Source of the DNA: Myxococcales bacterium
GTDB taxonomy: Bacteria > Desulfobacterota > Binatia > HRBIN30
NCBI GenBank assembly: GCA_037445065.1
Contig: JBBILD010000011.1
Coordinates: 80,505-144,504, forward strand
Length of the DNA: 64,000 bases
Reading direction: 5' to 3'
Program-made: the position numbers and the translations under genes
Shown here: one piece after another, positions 51,013 through 60,885 of the stretch
Layout: every line of letters starts with the position of its first letter
Numbering within the stretch: position 1 is the first letter of the stretch
Notes under the pieces: model-generated
Told to the model about the DNA's origin: nothing
The model's database searches: none
The model's input: the letters and a program-made list of their open reading frames with translations, nothing else

Positions 51013-52774
51013 CGTAGGTCCCAGGAGGCTCCTGGTGCATGTCTTTGAAGGACTGCAGTCCAGGAGCAAACAGGTGGGCCGTCGGGTCCACGTCCACGTG
51101 GATCACTGCGCACCGGTTTTGTGCGATTGCTCGGGCAACGGCCTCTTCGAGTTCGTGCGGGTGGGCGACCCTTTCTCCGCACGCGCCCATAGCCTGAGCG
51201 GCGAGCGCCCAGTCTGTTTCGGCAAAGTCGGTCTCGATGGTGCGCGAGCCATCCGGACCGAGAGCATGAGCCAGTTGGGAGCGGTACGGTTGTAGCGCAA
51301 TCATCTGGTTGATTTTCACCATGCCCCACTGGCGGTCGGAGCATACCAGGAAGACGGGCTTGAGGCCGTAGCGCACGGCAGTTTCGACTTCTTGCATGTT
51401 AAAGCCCATCGCCCCGTCGCCAATGATACAGTAGACGGGGCGATCTGGTGCGGCGATGCAGGCGCCCAGGGCTTGCCCAACCCCCGCTCCTAAGTGCCCG
51501 AAGTGCGCGGTGGAGAACAAGCTGTTCGGCCGCTGCACTTGGGTGAAAAAATGGCCCCACACTGCGGTGTTGCCTCCGTCGAGAACGACAATCGCCTCCT
51601 CGCCGAAGAGCCGCTGGCAGATGGCGGGAACGTGAGCGGTCACCATGGGGGCGCTGCGGTTCAGCAACGCCTGATCGAGTTGTTCCTGCTCCGCCAACTT
51701 GCTGCGCGCTAGTTCCGCCACTCGTTGTGCCCGAGCTTTGCGGTCAATGCGGCTGGCATGTGGCCGCAAGCGTTCGACCAACCCTTTGACGGCAAGCCGC
51801 GCGTCACCGAGAATCGCGATGTCTACAGGGCGGTTACGGCCGAGCCGCGTGTCGTCAATGTCAATCTGAATCCACCTCTGCTTTTGTCGCGGCGCCCAGT
51901 ACGGTGGTTTGCCCCACCAGTCGGTTTCGCCCACCTCGGAGCCAATGCAGAGAACGAGGTCAGCGGCGTTGCGCACCTCGGTGCATGCCGCCACATGCAC
52001 CATGGGCCAAACCAGCGGGTGGGTTTCTGGGAGCAGGCCGCGTGCATTCCACGAGGTCGTTAGAGGGGCGTGAAGGAGGTCAATGAGGTCCTCGATCTCA
52101 TTCCAGGCGCGGGCGTGCAACGCACCGCCACCGGCGTGCACTAGCGGAAGCTCGCTCTCCAAGAGCGCGGCAGCGGCGCGGTCGAGCAGTTCGGAAGAGG
52201 GCTCGACCGGCGTTACCCTGCGGTAGGAAGCGGGCGGCCAAACCGGTTGTTCCGGGCAAGGCCCGTTGATCAAATTTTCCGGAACGTCGAGGTGTACCAC
52301 GCCAGGCCGGCCGGTGAAACATATGCGCAGCGCTTGTCGGGTCAGTTCCGCAATGCGGTCCGCCGAGGGCACAGTGGCAGACCACTTGGACATGCCAGAG
52401 ATCACCCGCACGTGATCGAAACACTGATAGGTTCCGCCTCGGTCCGGGTAGGCGATACCCGTGCGGCGGGAACTCGTGATGAGCAGCACACGGTTTCCCT
52501 CCGCGTTTTCCACCGCCACGCCAGGCAACACGTTTGCGACGCCCGGGCCGTTGCTGGCGATACACACACCGAGTTCACCAGTGAGCCGGCTGTACGTGCC
52601 CGCCATATGCGCTGCAACCGCTTCGTGGCGAGGCGAGTACATCTTCATGCCTAGCTCGACGCAGTGGGCGTAGAGCTGGGTGTAGGTGCCGTCCACGATT
52701 CCAAAGAAAGCACGCACCCCTTCAGCGGCCAGCAAGCGGGCCAGCAAGGCTCCGCCAGTCGTCTGTTGTTGCAT
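50996..52774 (-). CDS. Thiamine pyrophosphate-dependent enzyme (acetolactate synthase-like)
   Basis: TPP N-terminal, central and C-terminal domains (GIVDGTYT...GPGVANVLPGVAVENAEG...IIGDGAMGFNMQE). Confidence 0.85.
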   Translation of the reverse strand: MQQQTTGGALLARLLAAEGVRAFFGIVDGTYTQLYAHCVELGMKMYSPRHEAVAAHMAGTYSRLTGELGVCIASNGPGVANVLPGVAVENAEGNRVLLITSSRRTGIAYPDRGGTYQCFDHVRVISGMSKWSATVPSADRIAELTRQALRICFTGRPGVVHLDVPENLINGPCPEQPVWPPASYRRVTPVEPSSELLDRAAAALLESELPLVHAGGGALHARAWNEIEDLIDLLHAPLTTSWNARGLLPETHPLVWPMVHVAACTEVRNAADLVLCIGSEVGETDWWGKPPYWAPRQKQRWIQIDIDDTRLGRNRPVDIAILGDARLAVKGLVERLRPHASRIDRKARAQRVAELARSKLAEQEQLDQALLNRSAPMVTAHVPAICQRLFGEEAIVVLDGGNTAVWGHFFTQVQRPNSLFSTAHFGHLGAGVGQALGACIAAPDRPVYCIIGDGAMGFNMQEVETAVRYGLKPVFLVCSDRQWGMVKINQMIALQPYRSQLAHALGPDGSRTIETDFAETDWALAAQAMGACGERVAHPHELEEAVARAIAQNRCAVIHVDVDPTAHLFAPGLQSFKDMHQEPPGTYDEQTG

Positions 52775-52994
52775 GAAGCCTTGATACGCACGCGTGCAGG
52801 AAAACCTCAAGAGGACCAGCCTTGGCGAGCCCTAGTTCCGGCTTTTTGCGAAAGTCGGAAGAACCCTGCAGGTAGCATGCGAAGCACGGAAAGCGTTTCA
52901 GCAAGGGTCGGAAGAAAAAAAGAGGTCTGGAAGAGGCACGCTTACTGCACCACCCGCGACCTGCGTACTGGAACTGCAGCTCAGGAGGGGAACG

Positions 52995-54794
52995 ATGATT
53001 GGCGGAAAAATGGTCACACCCGTGCAGCGTTGGCTGCTCCTGGTGTGCGCCTCTTGCCTTGCGGGTACCGCGTCTGCCCTACCTCGCTACGGGCCGCTCG
53101 AAGTCAGCGGAAACCTCAGTGCGCAGCAGTTGTTCCGTTCGCCGGACCCGGGCGTGTGGGGCTTGGTTCAACAACGCAACACGGTGAAGGTTCGGGTTGA
53201 CTACAATCTTCTCGAGCGAGGCAGGCTGGCTGACCGACTCGAGGTCCCGGGGATCGAGCGCGCCAAACTGTTCCTGCTTTACCGCGGCGTCTACGACAGC
53301 GTATACGACCTCACTCCTGGATTCGAGCAGGACGACATTTACGGCCTCCCCATCGGGTTACGCTTGCGCCACTTACCGCGGCGGGCGCTGGACGCTTTGC
53401 GCTTCGAGAATCGCCTGCGAGAGGCGTACCTGGACATCAAATTGGCGAAGCTGCCTTTGAGTTTTCGGCTCGGCCGGCAGCAGATCGTGTGGGGGGAGAC
53501 CGACAACTTTCGCCTGCTGGACCGAGTCAACCCTCTCGACCTCACTTGGCACTTGCAGCAGGAGACGTGGGACGAACTGCGCGTGCCGCAGTGGATCATC
53601 AAAGGGCTGTGGGACATCGACCGATTGGGCCCTCTGAACAACGCGTTTGTGGAATTTTACTGGAATCCAGGCGACTGGAACCCGGCGAAGAAAGCGTTTT
53701 TGCCGCGCCCTTGGAGTGCACCGATCGTGAACCCACTCGATGATCCGCGCTCGCCGCCGGCGGGTGGGCGCGGCTTGTTCCAACTTTTGTCCCGTTTTTA
53801 TGGGCGTCCGATCGACAAGCTTTATCGGGGAACGCGCCTGTTTCAGCAGGGTGACTATACCCGCAATCCTGCGGACAACAGCCAGGTCGGCGTGCGGTTC
53901 AGCGCCGTCACTGGGAGCGAGATGCCGCTGCTTCCGGAGGGCCTGCAGTTCACCCTGAATTACTTTTACCAGCGTTGGGCGGGTGACGATGGTACGAATG
54001 CCGCAGCGTTCCGCGCTGTGCTGAACCCACGGGAAGCTCTGGATGCGATCCGACGAGGCGAGGCTCCTTTGGAGGCCATTGCTCCGTACGTCCACGCTGT
54101 AGGTTTCTCCTTGAACTACGCGGAGGAGAAGTACACTCAGACCGTCTATCGGGTCGAGAGCATTTACGAATTCGGGGTTCCCTTTGTGGATGCGGCGAAG
54201 AGCTTTTCGCTCTCCTCGCCCTTGGCCCTGCTTGCCAATGACATATACGGGGTGAGCAAGCGCGACATGTGGAAGGGGATGGTCGGCTTCGATCGCCCCA
54301 CCTGGATCCGCCCTCTGAATCGGAAGGCGACGTTCCTCATCCTCGGGCAGTTCTTTTGGCACTATTTGCTGGACAACCCGGACATCCAGTGTCGCGATCC
54401 GCAGGAACGTCCGCCGTGCGAGCGGAGCGGACAGGGCCGCGGGTTCCGCGGGCAGTTCTCAACCAGCGGTGTGGCCACCACCGGAATCCCGGGGCAGCTC
54501 GCCTACATTGATAAAGTGCGCGACTGGGAGTTGTTGGCCACGTTGGCAGCCACCACGTTCTATCAGGGCGGAAAGATCGTGCCGTTTGTCGTGTACATCA
54601 TCGACCCAGTGAACCACTACAACCAGGAAGTCATCGGGCTGCTGGACTACTTTATCACGAACAACGTGATTCTGAGTTTCTCCCAGCGCTTTTTCATCAA
54701 CACCACCAGCCGTCCGGTGTTCGAGTCGTGGGGAGTCGCTGGATTGAACCGGGGACGCACGGAAACAGGCGTGAAACTGACGATCCAGTTTTGA
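52995..54794 (+). CDS. DUF1302-family outer-membrane protein
   Basis: 599 aa with an N-terminal signal peptide and DUF1302-like sequence. Followed 10 nt later by a DUF1329 gene, the conserved pair. Confidence 0.75.
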   Translation: MIGGKMVTPVQRWLLLVCASCLAGTASALPRYGPLEVSGNLSAQQLFRSPDPGVWGLVQQRNTVKVRVDYNLLERGRLADRLEVPGIERAKLFLLYRGVYDSVYDLTPGFEQDDIYGLPIGLRLRHLPRRALDALRFENRLREAYLDIKLAKLPLSFRLGRQQIVWGETDNFRLLDRVNPLDLTWHLQQETWDELRVPQWIIKGLWDIDRLGPLNNAFVEFYWNPGDWNPAKKAFLPRPWSAPIVNPLDDPRSPPAGGRGLFQLLSRFYGRPIDKLYRGTRLFQQGDYTRNPADNSQVGVRFSAVTGSEMPLLPEGLQFTLNYFYQRWAGDDGTNAAAFRAVLNPREALDAIRRGEAPLEAIAPYVHAVGFSLNYAEEKYTQTVYRVESIYEFGVPFVDAAKSFSLSSPLALLANDIYGVSKRDMWKGMVGFDRPTWIRPLNRKATFLILGQFFWHYLLDNPDIQCRDPQERPPCERSGQGRGFRGQFSTSGVATTGIPGQLAYIDKVRDWELLATLAATTFYQGGKIVPFVVYIIDPVNHYNQEVIGLLDYFITNNVILSFSQRFFINTTSRPVFESWGVAGLNRGRTETGVKLTIQF

Positions 54795-54804
54795 GGACAC
54801 AGCG

Positions 54805-56076
54805 ATGACAAAATCCCTCCGAATCGCAGTAATAGGCTTAGCCGTGTCAGCGGCCATCCAGGCGCCGGCGGACGTTCAACCTGGAGATGTCGTCACGAAG
54901 GACAACGTCAGCAAGGCAGAGGGGCTGATCGGACCTGGCGTGCGCTGGTGTGTGGAGCACGGGATGCAGATGAAGATCGTGCCGACGCGACGTGTGGAGT
55001 GGCCGCGCAGGTATCGGGAAGCAACGGAGAAGTACTCTGCACAGGTTCGCCTGGCGGCAGATCGCAACAAACTCGAAAACTACGTGGCGGGCATGCCGTT
55101 CCCGAACATTGACCCGAACGACCCCGACGCCGCGACCAAGATCATGTGGAATTACCAGTACAAGCCACTGATTACCGACGATGTTCTCATGCGCGACTTC
55201 CAGGTGCCGAGCGGTCCGCTGACCTACACGGCGCCGATGGTTCCGGATCGTGAATTCACCATCGGCGACCTTCGCCGTCTGTACTACAACGGCCGCTTGT
55301 TCGTGGATCCAAAGCCAGAACTGCCCAACCCGGACGGTGTGCGGTACAAAGAAATCCTCAGTCCGGTGGTCGCACCGTACGATATGAAGGGTGTGGGAGC
55401 TCTGTACATTCGGTACGTAGACGCGTCGCGGCAGGATGACAGTTGGCTCTACGTACCTGCGGTGCGGCGTGTGCGGCGAATGTCCACTGCCCAGCGTAGC
55501 GATGCGCTTTTTGGCCAAGACACCGACGTGGACTCTTACTGGGGCTTCAGTGGTCACATTGCCTGGTTCGATTGGAAGTTGCTCGGCGTGCGCGAAATGC
55601 TGGGTGTGTTGCACCGCGAGCAGTTTCGGCCGCAACGTTGTCCGGGCGGGGCCGACTTCGTGTTTTGCGACAATTGGGAAAAACGCCGAGTTTACGTCAT
55701 CGAGGGGACCGCCCGCTTACCACAGTACGCGTACGGCAAGCGCGTGCTGTACATTGACAGCGAGGCCTGGGTAGTACTGGCATCGGACATTTATGATAAA
55801 CGAGGCGACCTTTGGAAAGTGTGGATCGAGTACTTTTCTTTCCGCAAGCAGGCCCCCGGGTCGGACCTGATTTACGAGGACGAGATGGGCTTCACCTCGG
55901 CGACAATGGTGGACACCCAGATGAACCACGCTACCGTCATTATGATTCCCGGCCCGAACTCTCCCGATCCGAATACCTGGTACTTCAATCAGGGTCCGAA
56001 CGCCCGCTCTCCCTATGCTTCCGGCAATACGGAAGACGTGTTTACGATCTCTCACTTGATCAGCGCTGGGCACTGA
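54805..56076 (+). CDS. DUF1329-family periplasmic/outer-membrane-associated protein
   Basis: Signal peptide. GMPFPNIDPNDPDAATKIMWNYQY motif typical of DUF1329. Confidence 0.8.
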   Translation: MTKSLRIAVIGLAVSAAIQAPADVQPGDVVTKDNVSKAEGLIGPGVRWCVEHGMQMKIVPTRRVEWPRRYREATEKYSAQVRLAADRNKLENYVAGMPFPNIDPNDPDAATKIMWNYQYKPLITDDVLMRDFQVPSGPLTYTAPMVPDREFTIGDLRRLYYNGRLFVDPKPELPNPDGVRYKEILSPVVAPYDMKGVGALYIRYVDASRQDDSWLYVPAVRRVRRMSTAQRSDALFGQDTDVDSYWGFSGHIAWFDWKLLGVREMLGVLHREQFRPQRCPGGADFVFCDNWEKRRVYVIEGTARLPQYAYGKRVLYIDSEAWVVLASDIYDKRGDLWKVWIEYFSFRKQAPGSDLIYEDEMGFTSATMVDTQMNHATVIMIPGPNSPDPNTWYFNQGPNARSPYASGNTEDVFTISHLISAGH

Positions 56077-56258
56077 GCTGGTGGCGGTCGTTATAGGCGA
56101 GTGCCCGCGGCGATTGTGGAGAGCAGTTCATCAGCGCGCGGGCCCCATCGGACAGGAGAAAACGGCCGCGAGAGGAGAGGGATCCCGTCGCGGTACCTCC
56201 TTTTCCCATTGAAAAAGGCTCGCACGGGGCGTAGCGTCGCGCCGCACAAGGGGTCGTC

Positions 56259-57482
56259 GTGGGCGAGATTGATGCACGGGCCATTTACCGGGTCAAGGCT
56301 CTGATTCTCGCCCTGGTCTTGGGATGGGTGTGGGTCCTGCAAATCTGGATTTCCCCGACCTCGTTGGCCCCTCAGGTCTCCCTGTGCGTCCTGCCGGCGT
56401 GGGTCGCAGCGAGTGCGGTTACGCTGCTTCGCCGCCCGCCGAGCCGCGGCGAAATCGCAGGGACTTTGGCGCTGGATATGGTCGCTCTCACCGGTGCCGT
56501 TCACTTTGGAGGGGGGCTCGACCACGTGAGCGGGGTTCTCTTGTATGTATTGGTGGTCTTGCTCAGCGGCCTGCTGGTGCATGAAAACGCGGCCTTCTTG
56601 TTCGCGGCGATGGGCGCGCTTTTGTACGATTCGATGGGGCTACTCGAGTACGCAGAGTGGTTACCGCACCGGGTCGCGTATCGGCGTCCGCCGGACCGAC
56701 AACTGGCGACGGTGATCATGGTGAACGTGTACTTGATCGTGATTGCGTGGGTGGTTTGGTTCGCGTTCCGCTGGCAGCGCGAGGCGCGGGCTGCCCAGCG
56801 GGCGCAACGAACGGAGGCGCTGCGCGCCATGGCGCACGATCTGAAGACGCCGCTATCGAGCATTTACGGGTACGCGTCTTTGGTCTCGGAGACCCTGCCT
56901 CCGGGTGCCGCCCCCGAGGCGCGTGAGTTCGTGGGTAGGATCACTGCCGTCGCTGCGGATGCGGTGGACCTGGTGCACGACGTGTTGGAGACCGTCACCG
57001 CCGAGCCGCGTCCGCTGGTGGCGCGACCGAGCCGCGTCGACCTCGCACAGGTTTTGGCGGCCGCCGCGCAGCGAATGCAGTGGCTGGCACGCGAATCGGC
57101 GATCGAGTTGGTGGTCGTAAAACCAGTGGACCCAGCGCTCGTCGAGTTGGATGAGACGCTGCTGGCGCGAGCCCTCAACAACCTGCTCGTAAACGGGCTT
57201 CGCCACACACCGCGCGGAGGAGCCGTGGAACTCGGAGCCCGCCTCGACGTCCAGGAGGTGGTGTTCTGGGTGGCAGATAGCGGAGCGGGAATGTCCATGG
57301 AACAGTATCGCCAAATCGAGTCGCAGGCAGAGCGAGGGTTTCCGAGCGGCACGACCAGCGGCCTCGGCTTGTTGATCGTGAAAAGAGTTGCAGAGGCTCA
57401 CGGGGGCAGGCTCGAACTCGAGGCGAATCCTGGCAGCGGAAGTCGTTTTACTCTGATTCTGCCCCAACCTGCACGCTGCTGA
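56259..57482 (+). CDS. Membrane sensor histidine kinase (no adjacent response regulator)
   Basis: Six N-terminal TM helices, a HisKA H-box (MAHDLKTPLSSIYGY) and an HATPase domain (GAGMSMEQ...GLGLLIVKR). Confidence 0.85.
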   Translation: MGEIDARAIYRVKALILALVLGWVWVLQIWISPTSLAPQVSLCVLPAWVAASAVTLLRRPPSRGEIAGTLALDMVALTGAVHFGGGLDHVSGVLLYVLVVLLSGLLVHENAAFLFAAMGALLYDSMGLLEYAEWLPHRVAYRRPPDRQLATVIMVNVYLIVIAWVVWFAFRWQREARAAQRAQRTEALRAMAHDLKTPLSSIYGYASLVSETLPPGAAPEAREFVGRITAVAADAVDLVHDVLETVTAEPRPLVARPSRVDLAQVLAAAAQRMQWLARESAIELVVVKPVDPALVELDETLLARALNNLLVNGLRHTPRGGAVELGARLDVQEVVFWVADSGAGMSMEQYRQIESQAERGFPSGTTSGLGLLIVKRVAEAHGGRLELEANPGSGSRFTLILPQPARC

Positions 57483-57515
57483 GCGCGGGATCCTGGTCGC
57501 ATTGATGGCGCAGAC

Positions 57516-58154
57516 GTGGTAACGAGTGCTGCCATGGTCAGCGGGAAATCCAAGAAGCGGCAGCCGCGAGTCAAGCGGCTGATCGAACGCGCTATGGAAC
57601 TCGAGCGCCAGACCATGGAGTTATATTGCCTGTTCGAGACGCGTTTTTCTGAGCCCGAGGAGGTACGGAGTTTTTGGTTCGAGATGGCCCAGCACGAGTC
57701 GCGCCACTTTGGGGCCTTGGCCTTGGTCGCGGGCCTGTTGCGAGGCCAGTCGCCGCGGCCATTGGCGGCAAGCTGCGGGTTTCGTCCGGAACACTTGGCT
57801 CACTTGAAGGCCTTGCTGCAACGCTTCCTGCGCGAAGCTCGGCGCGGGGCAAGCTTGGAGCGTGCGTTCGAAATGACTTTGGAAATCGAGAGTTCTGAGA
57901 TCGAAGAGGTCGTGCTGGATCTCACCGAACAGTTGCGCGGCGAAGCCGAACGGGAAAAAGCCGCCAAGCTTCTCATCCACGATTTGGGGGACCTCACCTA
58001 CATGATCGAGAAGTACACGCACAACCAAGAACTGCTCGCACGCGCAGACGACCTCCTGGAAAAACAGGTGAACCGATTACAGGGCGGAGGAGGCTCCGCT
58101 CCGGGGGCGGCGCGCAAGAACGCGGTTCGCCTCAGGGTGGCAGAACGCCGCTAG
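57516..58154 (+). CDS. Ferritin/rubrerythrin-like hypothetical protein
   Basis: ExxH-type diiron-site-like motifs (ELERQTMELY, EMAQHESRHF). Confidence 0.5.
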   Translation: MVTSAAMVSGKSKKRQPRVKRLIERAMELERQTMELYCLFETRFSEPEEVRSFWFEMAQHESRHFGALALVAGLLRGQSPRPLAASCGFRPEHLAHLKALLQRFLREARRGASLERAFEMTLEIESSEIEEVVLDLTEQLRGEAEREKAAKLLIHDLGDLTYMIEKYTHNQELLARADDLLEKQVNRLQGGGGSAPGAARKNAVRLRVAERR

Positions 58155-58221
58155 AACTGGCTACCCGGCCGACAGGCCCAGTGGCCTACAGCAGAGAATT
58201 GCTGACAGGGACCCGCGACTT

Positions 58222-59382
58222 GTGATAGGGAGCAGGCCCATGCGGCGGTGGTTGTTGTGTTGTGCAGCGGGTTTGTTGGCTGTGAGCGTGGGACAGGCAA
58301 GCGACCGGATGCCGGCCGCATCCATTGTTGTAGATGTCACTTCCGGTGCCGTTTTATCGAGCGAGCGTGCAGACGAGCCGTATCCGGCGGGGCGGCTGCA
58401 CCATTGGTTGCTCCTGTTGGCAGCGCAGGATCAGGCCGCACTCGGTACCTTGCCCCTCGATGTTCCGGTGGCCGTGAGCCAGGAGACCATGAGGACCTAC
58501 GCTGCGGAAAAGCGCGACGGCTTTGCTCTGGATGCAAAGAAAACGTACTTGCTCTCGGATCTTTTGAAGGCCGTTGCGCTAACGGGGGCGGACCTGGCTG
58601 CCGTGGCTGCTGCCGAGGCGATGTGGGGGGCGAGCGACAACGCCCTCGAGGGCATCAATGAGTACGGGCGTCGGCTGGGTTTGAAGCACACACGCTTTGT
58701 CTCCTGGAGGAGCGACGACCCGTCGAACCAAACCACCGCACGCGAGGCTGCTGCGGTGGTTGTGCGACTGGTCAAACCGGGCAGTTTGCCCCGCGAGTGG
58801 TCGGCGCTACGCGCTTTCCCCTTCGACGATGGGCGCGTGGTACTCTCCAACCGAATGCTCTTATTGGATCCTCGCTTTACCTGGGGGCTGGCCGACCGCA
58901 CGGGGTCGGGGCCGAAACGGGTTGTCCGCTTAGCGGCAGCAGGAATCGAGCGGGAGCAGTTGCACTTGCTGGCTCTCTCGTTGGGTGCATCCGCTGAAAA
59001 GGAGGTAGGGGCTGCGTTGGCCGCGACCTTGGCTCGGGTTGAACAGGACTATGATTTGGTGCCTCTCGTGCGGGAAGGCGAGCCGCTGCAAATCGAAGTC
59101 GACGTCGAAGGTGGCCAAGAAACAAAGCTGGTCCCGATTGCTGGTCAGGGCTTTCGTTTGCCCATGCGGCGCAGCGGGCCAGAACCCGGGTTGCAGATTC
59201 GTTACCAGTTGCCCTCGGCGGTAACCGCGCCGGTTCGCCGAGGTGAGGTGCTCGGGGAAGTCATCATCGAGCTTGATGGCAAGGTGCTGGCGGTCATTCC
59301 GGCGTTGAGCCCGAACAGCATCGCAGCCGATCGGCTGCAGTCCGCGACTGGGCCTACGCAAGGGCTCAGGTTGTGGCGCTAG
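58222..59382 (+). CDS. D-Ala-D-Ala carboxypeptidase (PBP5/DacA, peptidase S11) homologue lacking its catalytic residues
   Basis: Signal peptide. Alignable to DacA along its whole length, but the motifs are altered: SxxK to PAGRLHH, SxN to TGAD, KTG to RTG. Confidence 0.7.
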   Translation: MIGSRPMRRWLLCCAAGLLAVSVGQASDRMPAASIVVDVTSGAVLSSERADEPYPAGRLHHWLLLLAAQDQAALGTLPLDVPVAVSQETMRTYAAEKRDGFALDAKKTYLLSDLLKAVALTGADLAAVAAAEAMWGASDNALEGINEYGRRLGLKHTRFVSWRSDDPSNQTTAREAAAVVVRLVKPGSLPREWSALRAFPFDDGRVVLSNRMLLLDPRFTWGLADRTGSGPKRVVRLAAAGIEREQLHLLALSLGASAEKEVGAALAATLARVEQDYDLVPLVREGEPLQIEVDVEGGQETKLVPIAGQGFRLPMRRSGPEPGLQIRYQLPSAVTAPVRRGEVLGEVIIELDGKVLAVIPALSPNSIAADRLQSATGPTQGLRLWR

Positions 59383-60308
59383 CGACCCTTGGCTTCCGCG
59401 CCGCTTGACGGCATTTCGGATTCGTCGCTGTCCAGCTCGAGGAGGCTTTCGGCGAGAGCAGCGACGTCCTCGTCAGGGTCCTGCAGAGCTTTCTCCAAGT
59501 ACGCGCGCGCTGCGGGCCCGCCCAAATCTGCCAGCGCTTCGAGAGCTTCGTAACGGTTGTCCGGCGACGGATCGGCAAGCGCCGCCGCGCCCAGTAAATC
59601 CACCGGGGCGGCGTCGGTCATGTCGGCGAGGGATTGAATGGCCGCCAACCGCACTTCTTCGTCGGCGTCCTTCAACGCTTCGCCCAGAATCGGGATTGCC
59701 TCTGGGTTATCCGAGGCACCGAGCAGGGTGACCGCCGTCAAGCGGCGGTCGGGGTCCGGGTCTTGTAAAGCGATCTGTTTGAGGGAGGGGATGTCGTCCG
59801 GGTCAACATCCAAATCCACATCCGCCGGCACCTCGATCGCCTCAGGTGCCTGACCCATCCCACCCGGGCGCGGTTTCAAGCGCTGCATGTCTTCACCGCC
59901 CCGCACTTCTCCCCGCGAGACATCCATGGTGCCACCCGATGGAGCCTCAGCTCGTTCTGCTCCCGAGGCTCCCCGACTCGCCGACGACCCACTGCCCGCC
60001 CTGCGCTCGTGTGCCTCCCGTAGATCTTGCAAGCGGCGTCGCATGGCTTCCTGGCCGCGCTCGCGCGCCTCTGGTGCAGAGGTAAGGGGTGCGGGGGCTA
60101 GCTCCGGTTCGGAACCACTTCGGAGGTAGAGGATCGCCACCGTGAGCGCAGCCACGCTGCCGAGCACGACGGCCCAGCGGACCTGAGGCGGGGGATTTTG
60201 CTTCGCATCCGGCGACACGCCAGGCTGCTTAGCAAGAGAGTTGGGGCCCGGAAAGACGGGGACCCGACATTGCCCTTGCGGGAACACCTGCCCGCAACGC
60301 GGTTGCAC
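59379..60308 (-). CDS. HEAT-repeat protein with an N-terminal TM anchor
   Basis: PBS/HEAT-like repeats (AIPILGEALKDADEEVRLAAIQSLADM and AARAYLEKALQDPDEDV). Confidence 0.65.
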   Translation of the reverse strand: MQPRCGQVFPQGQCRVPVFPGPNSLAKQPGVSPDAKQNPPPQVRWAVVLGSVAALTVAILYLRSGSEPELAPAPLTSAPEARERGQEAMRRRLQDLREAHERRAGSGSSASRGASGAERAEAPSGGTMDVSRGEVRGGEDMQRLKPRPGGMGQAPEAIEVPADVDLDVDPDDIPSLKQIALQDPDPDRRLTAVTLLGASDNPEAIPILGEALKDADEEVRLAAIQSLADMTDAAPVDLLGAAALADPSPDNRYEALEALADLGGPAARAYLEKALQDPDEDVAALAESLLELDSDESEMPSSGAEAKGR

Positions 60309-60334
60309 GCGCTGGTACGACGTGAGATACGCGC

Positions 60335-60742
60335 ATGGAATCGTCCGTTATGTCTCTCGTTTTTTACCTGCTCGCAGTGACTTGTGTGGGGCGCGCCTGC
60401 TTGGGCGCCGCCGCGAGCGCACTGTTCGGCGAATCCGGACTGCCGGCATCCTCGATCGAAGTCTGGTTTCGCTTGGCGGCGATGGGTTGGTTGGGACTCG
60501 AATTGGCGCTGAGCACGGTCTTCCTCTTTGCGGCGCGCAGGCCAGTAACGGAGCACGGGGCGGTGTGGGGAAGTCTGGGAGTGATCGTCACACGCTTGGT
60601 CGTCGATGTCGTCGGCGTGCTCTCCTTTCCCCCGCAGGTTGCTCTTTGGCTGCTGTTGGACCTAGTCGTGCACTTGGCGTTGTTTTCTCTTTGGCTCCGC
60701 GCTGTGCCGGATGTGGTGAAGTCACCCGAATGGAAGCGCTGA
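60335..60742 (+). CDS. Hypothetical polytopic membrane protein
   Basis: 135 aa with four hydrophobic helices. Confidence 0.4.
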   Translation: MESSVMSLVFYLLAVTCVGRACLGAAASALFGESGLPASSIEVWFRLAAMGWLGLELALSTVFLFAARRPVTEHGAVWGSLGVIVTRLVVDVVGVLSFPPQVALWLLLDLVVHLALFSLWLRAVPDVVKSPEWKR

Positions 60743-60885
60743 CGGCTCCCTGCGGGATCAAAAAAGTGCGCGGTTGCTGGATTGGCGATTCAGCCTTTAC
60801 GGGTGCTGGTGGATGAGGGTGGAGCAGACAAGGGCGATGCCCTTGGTGATTTTTGCCCGGGCTGGAAGCGAGGCATGGCTGTGGG

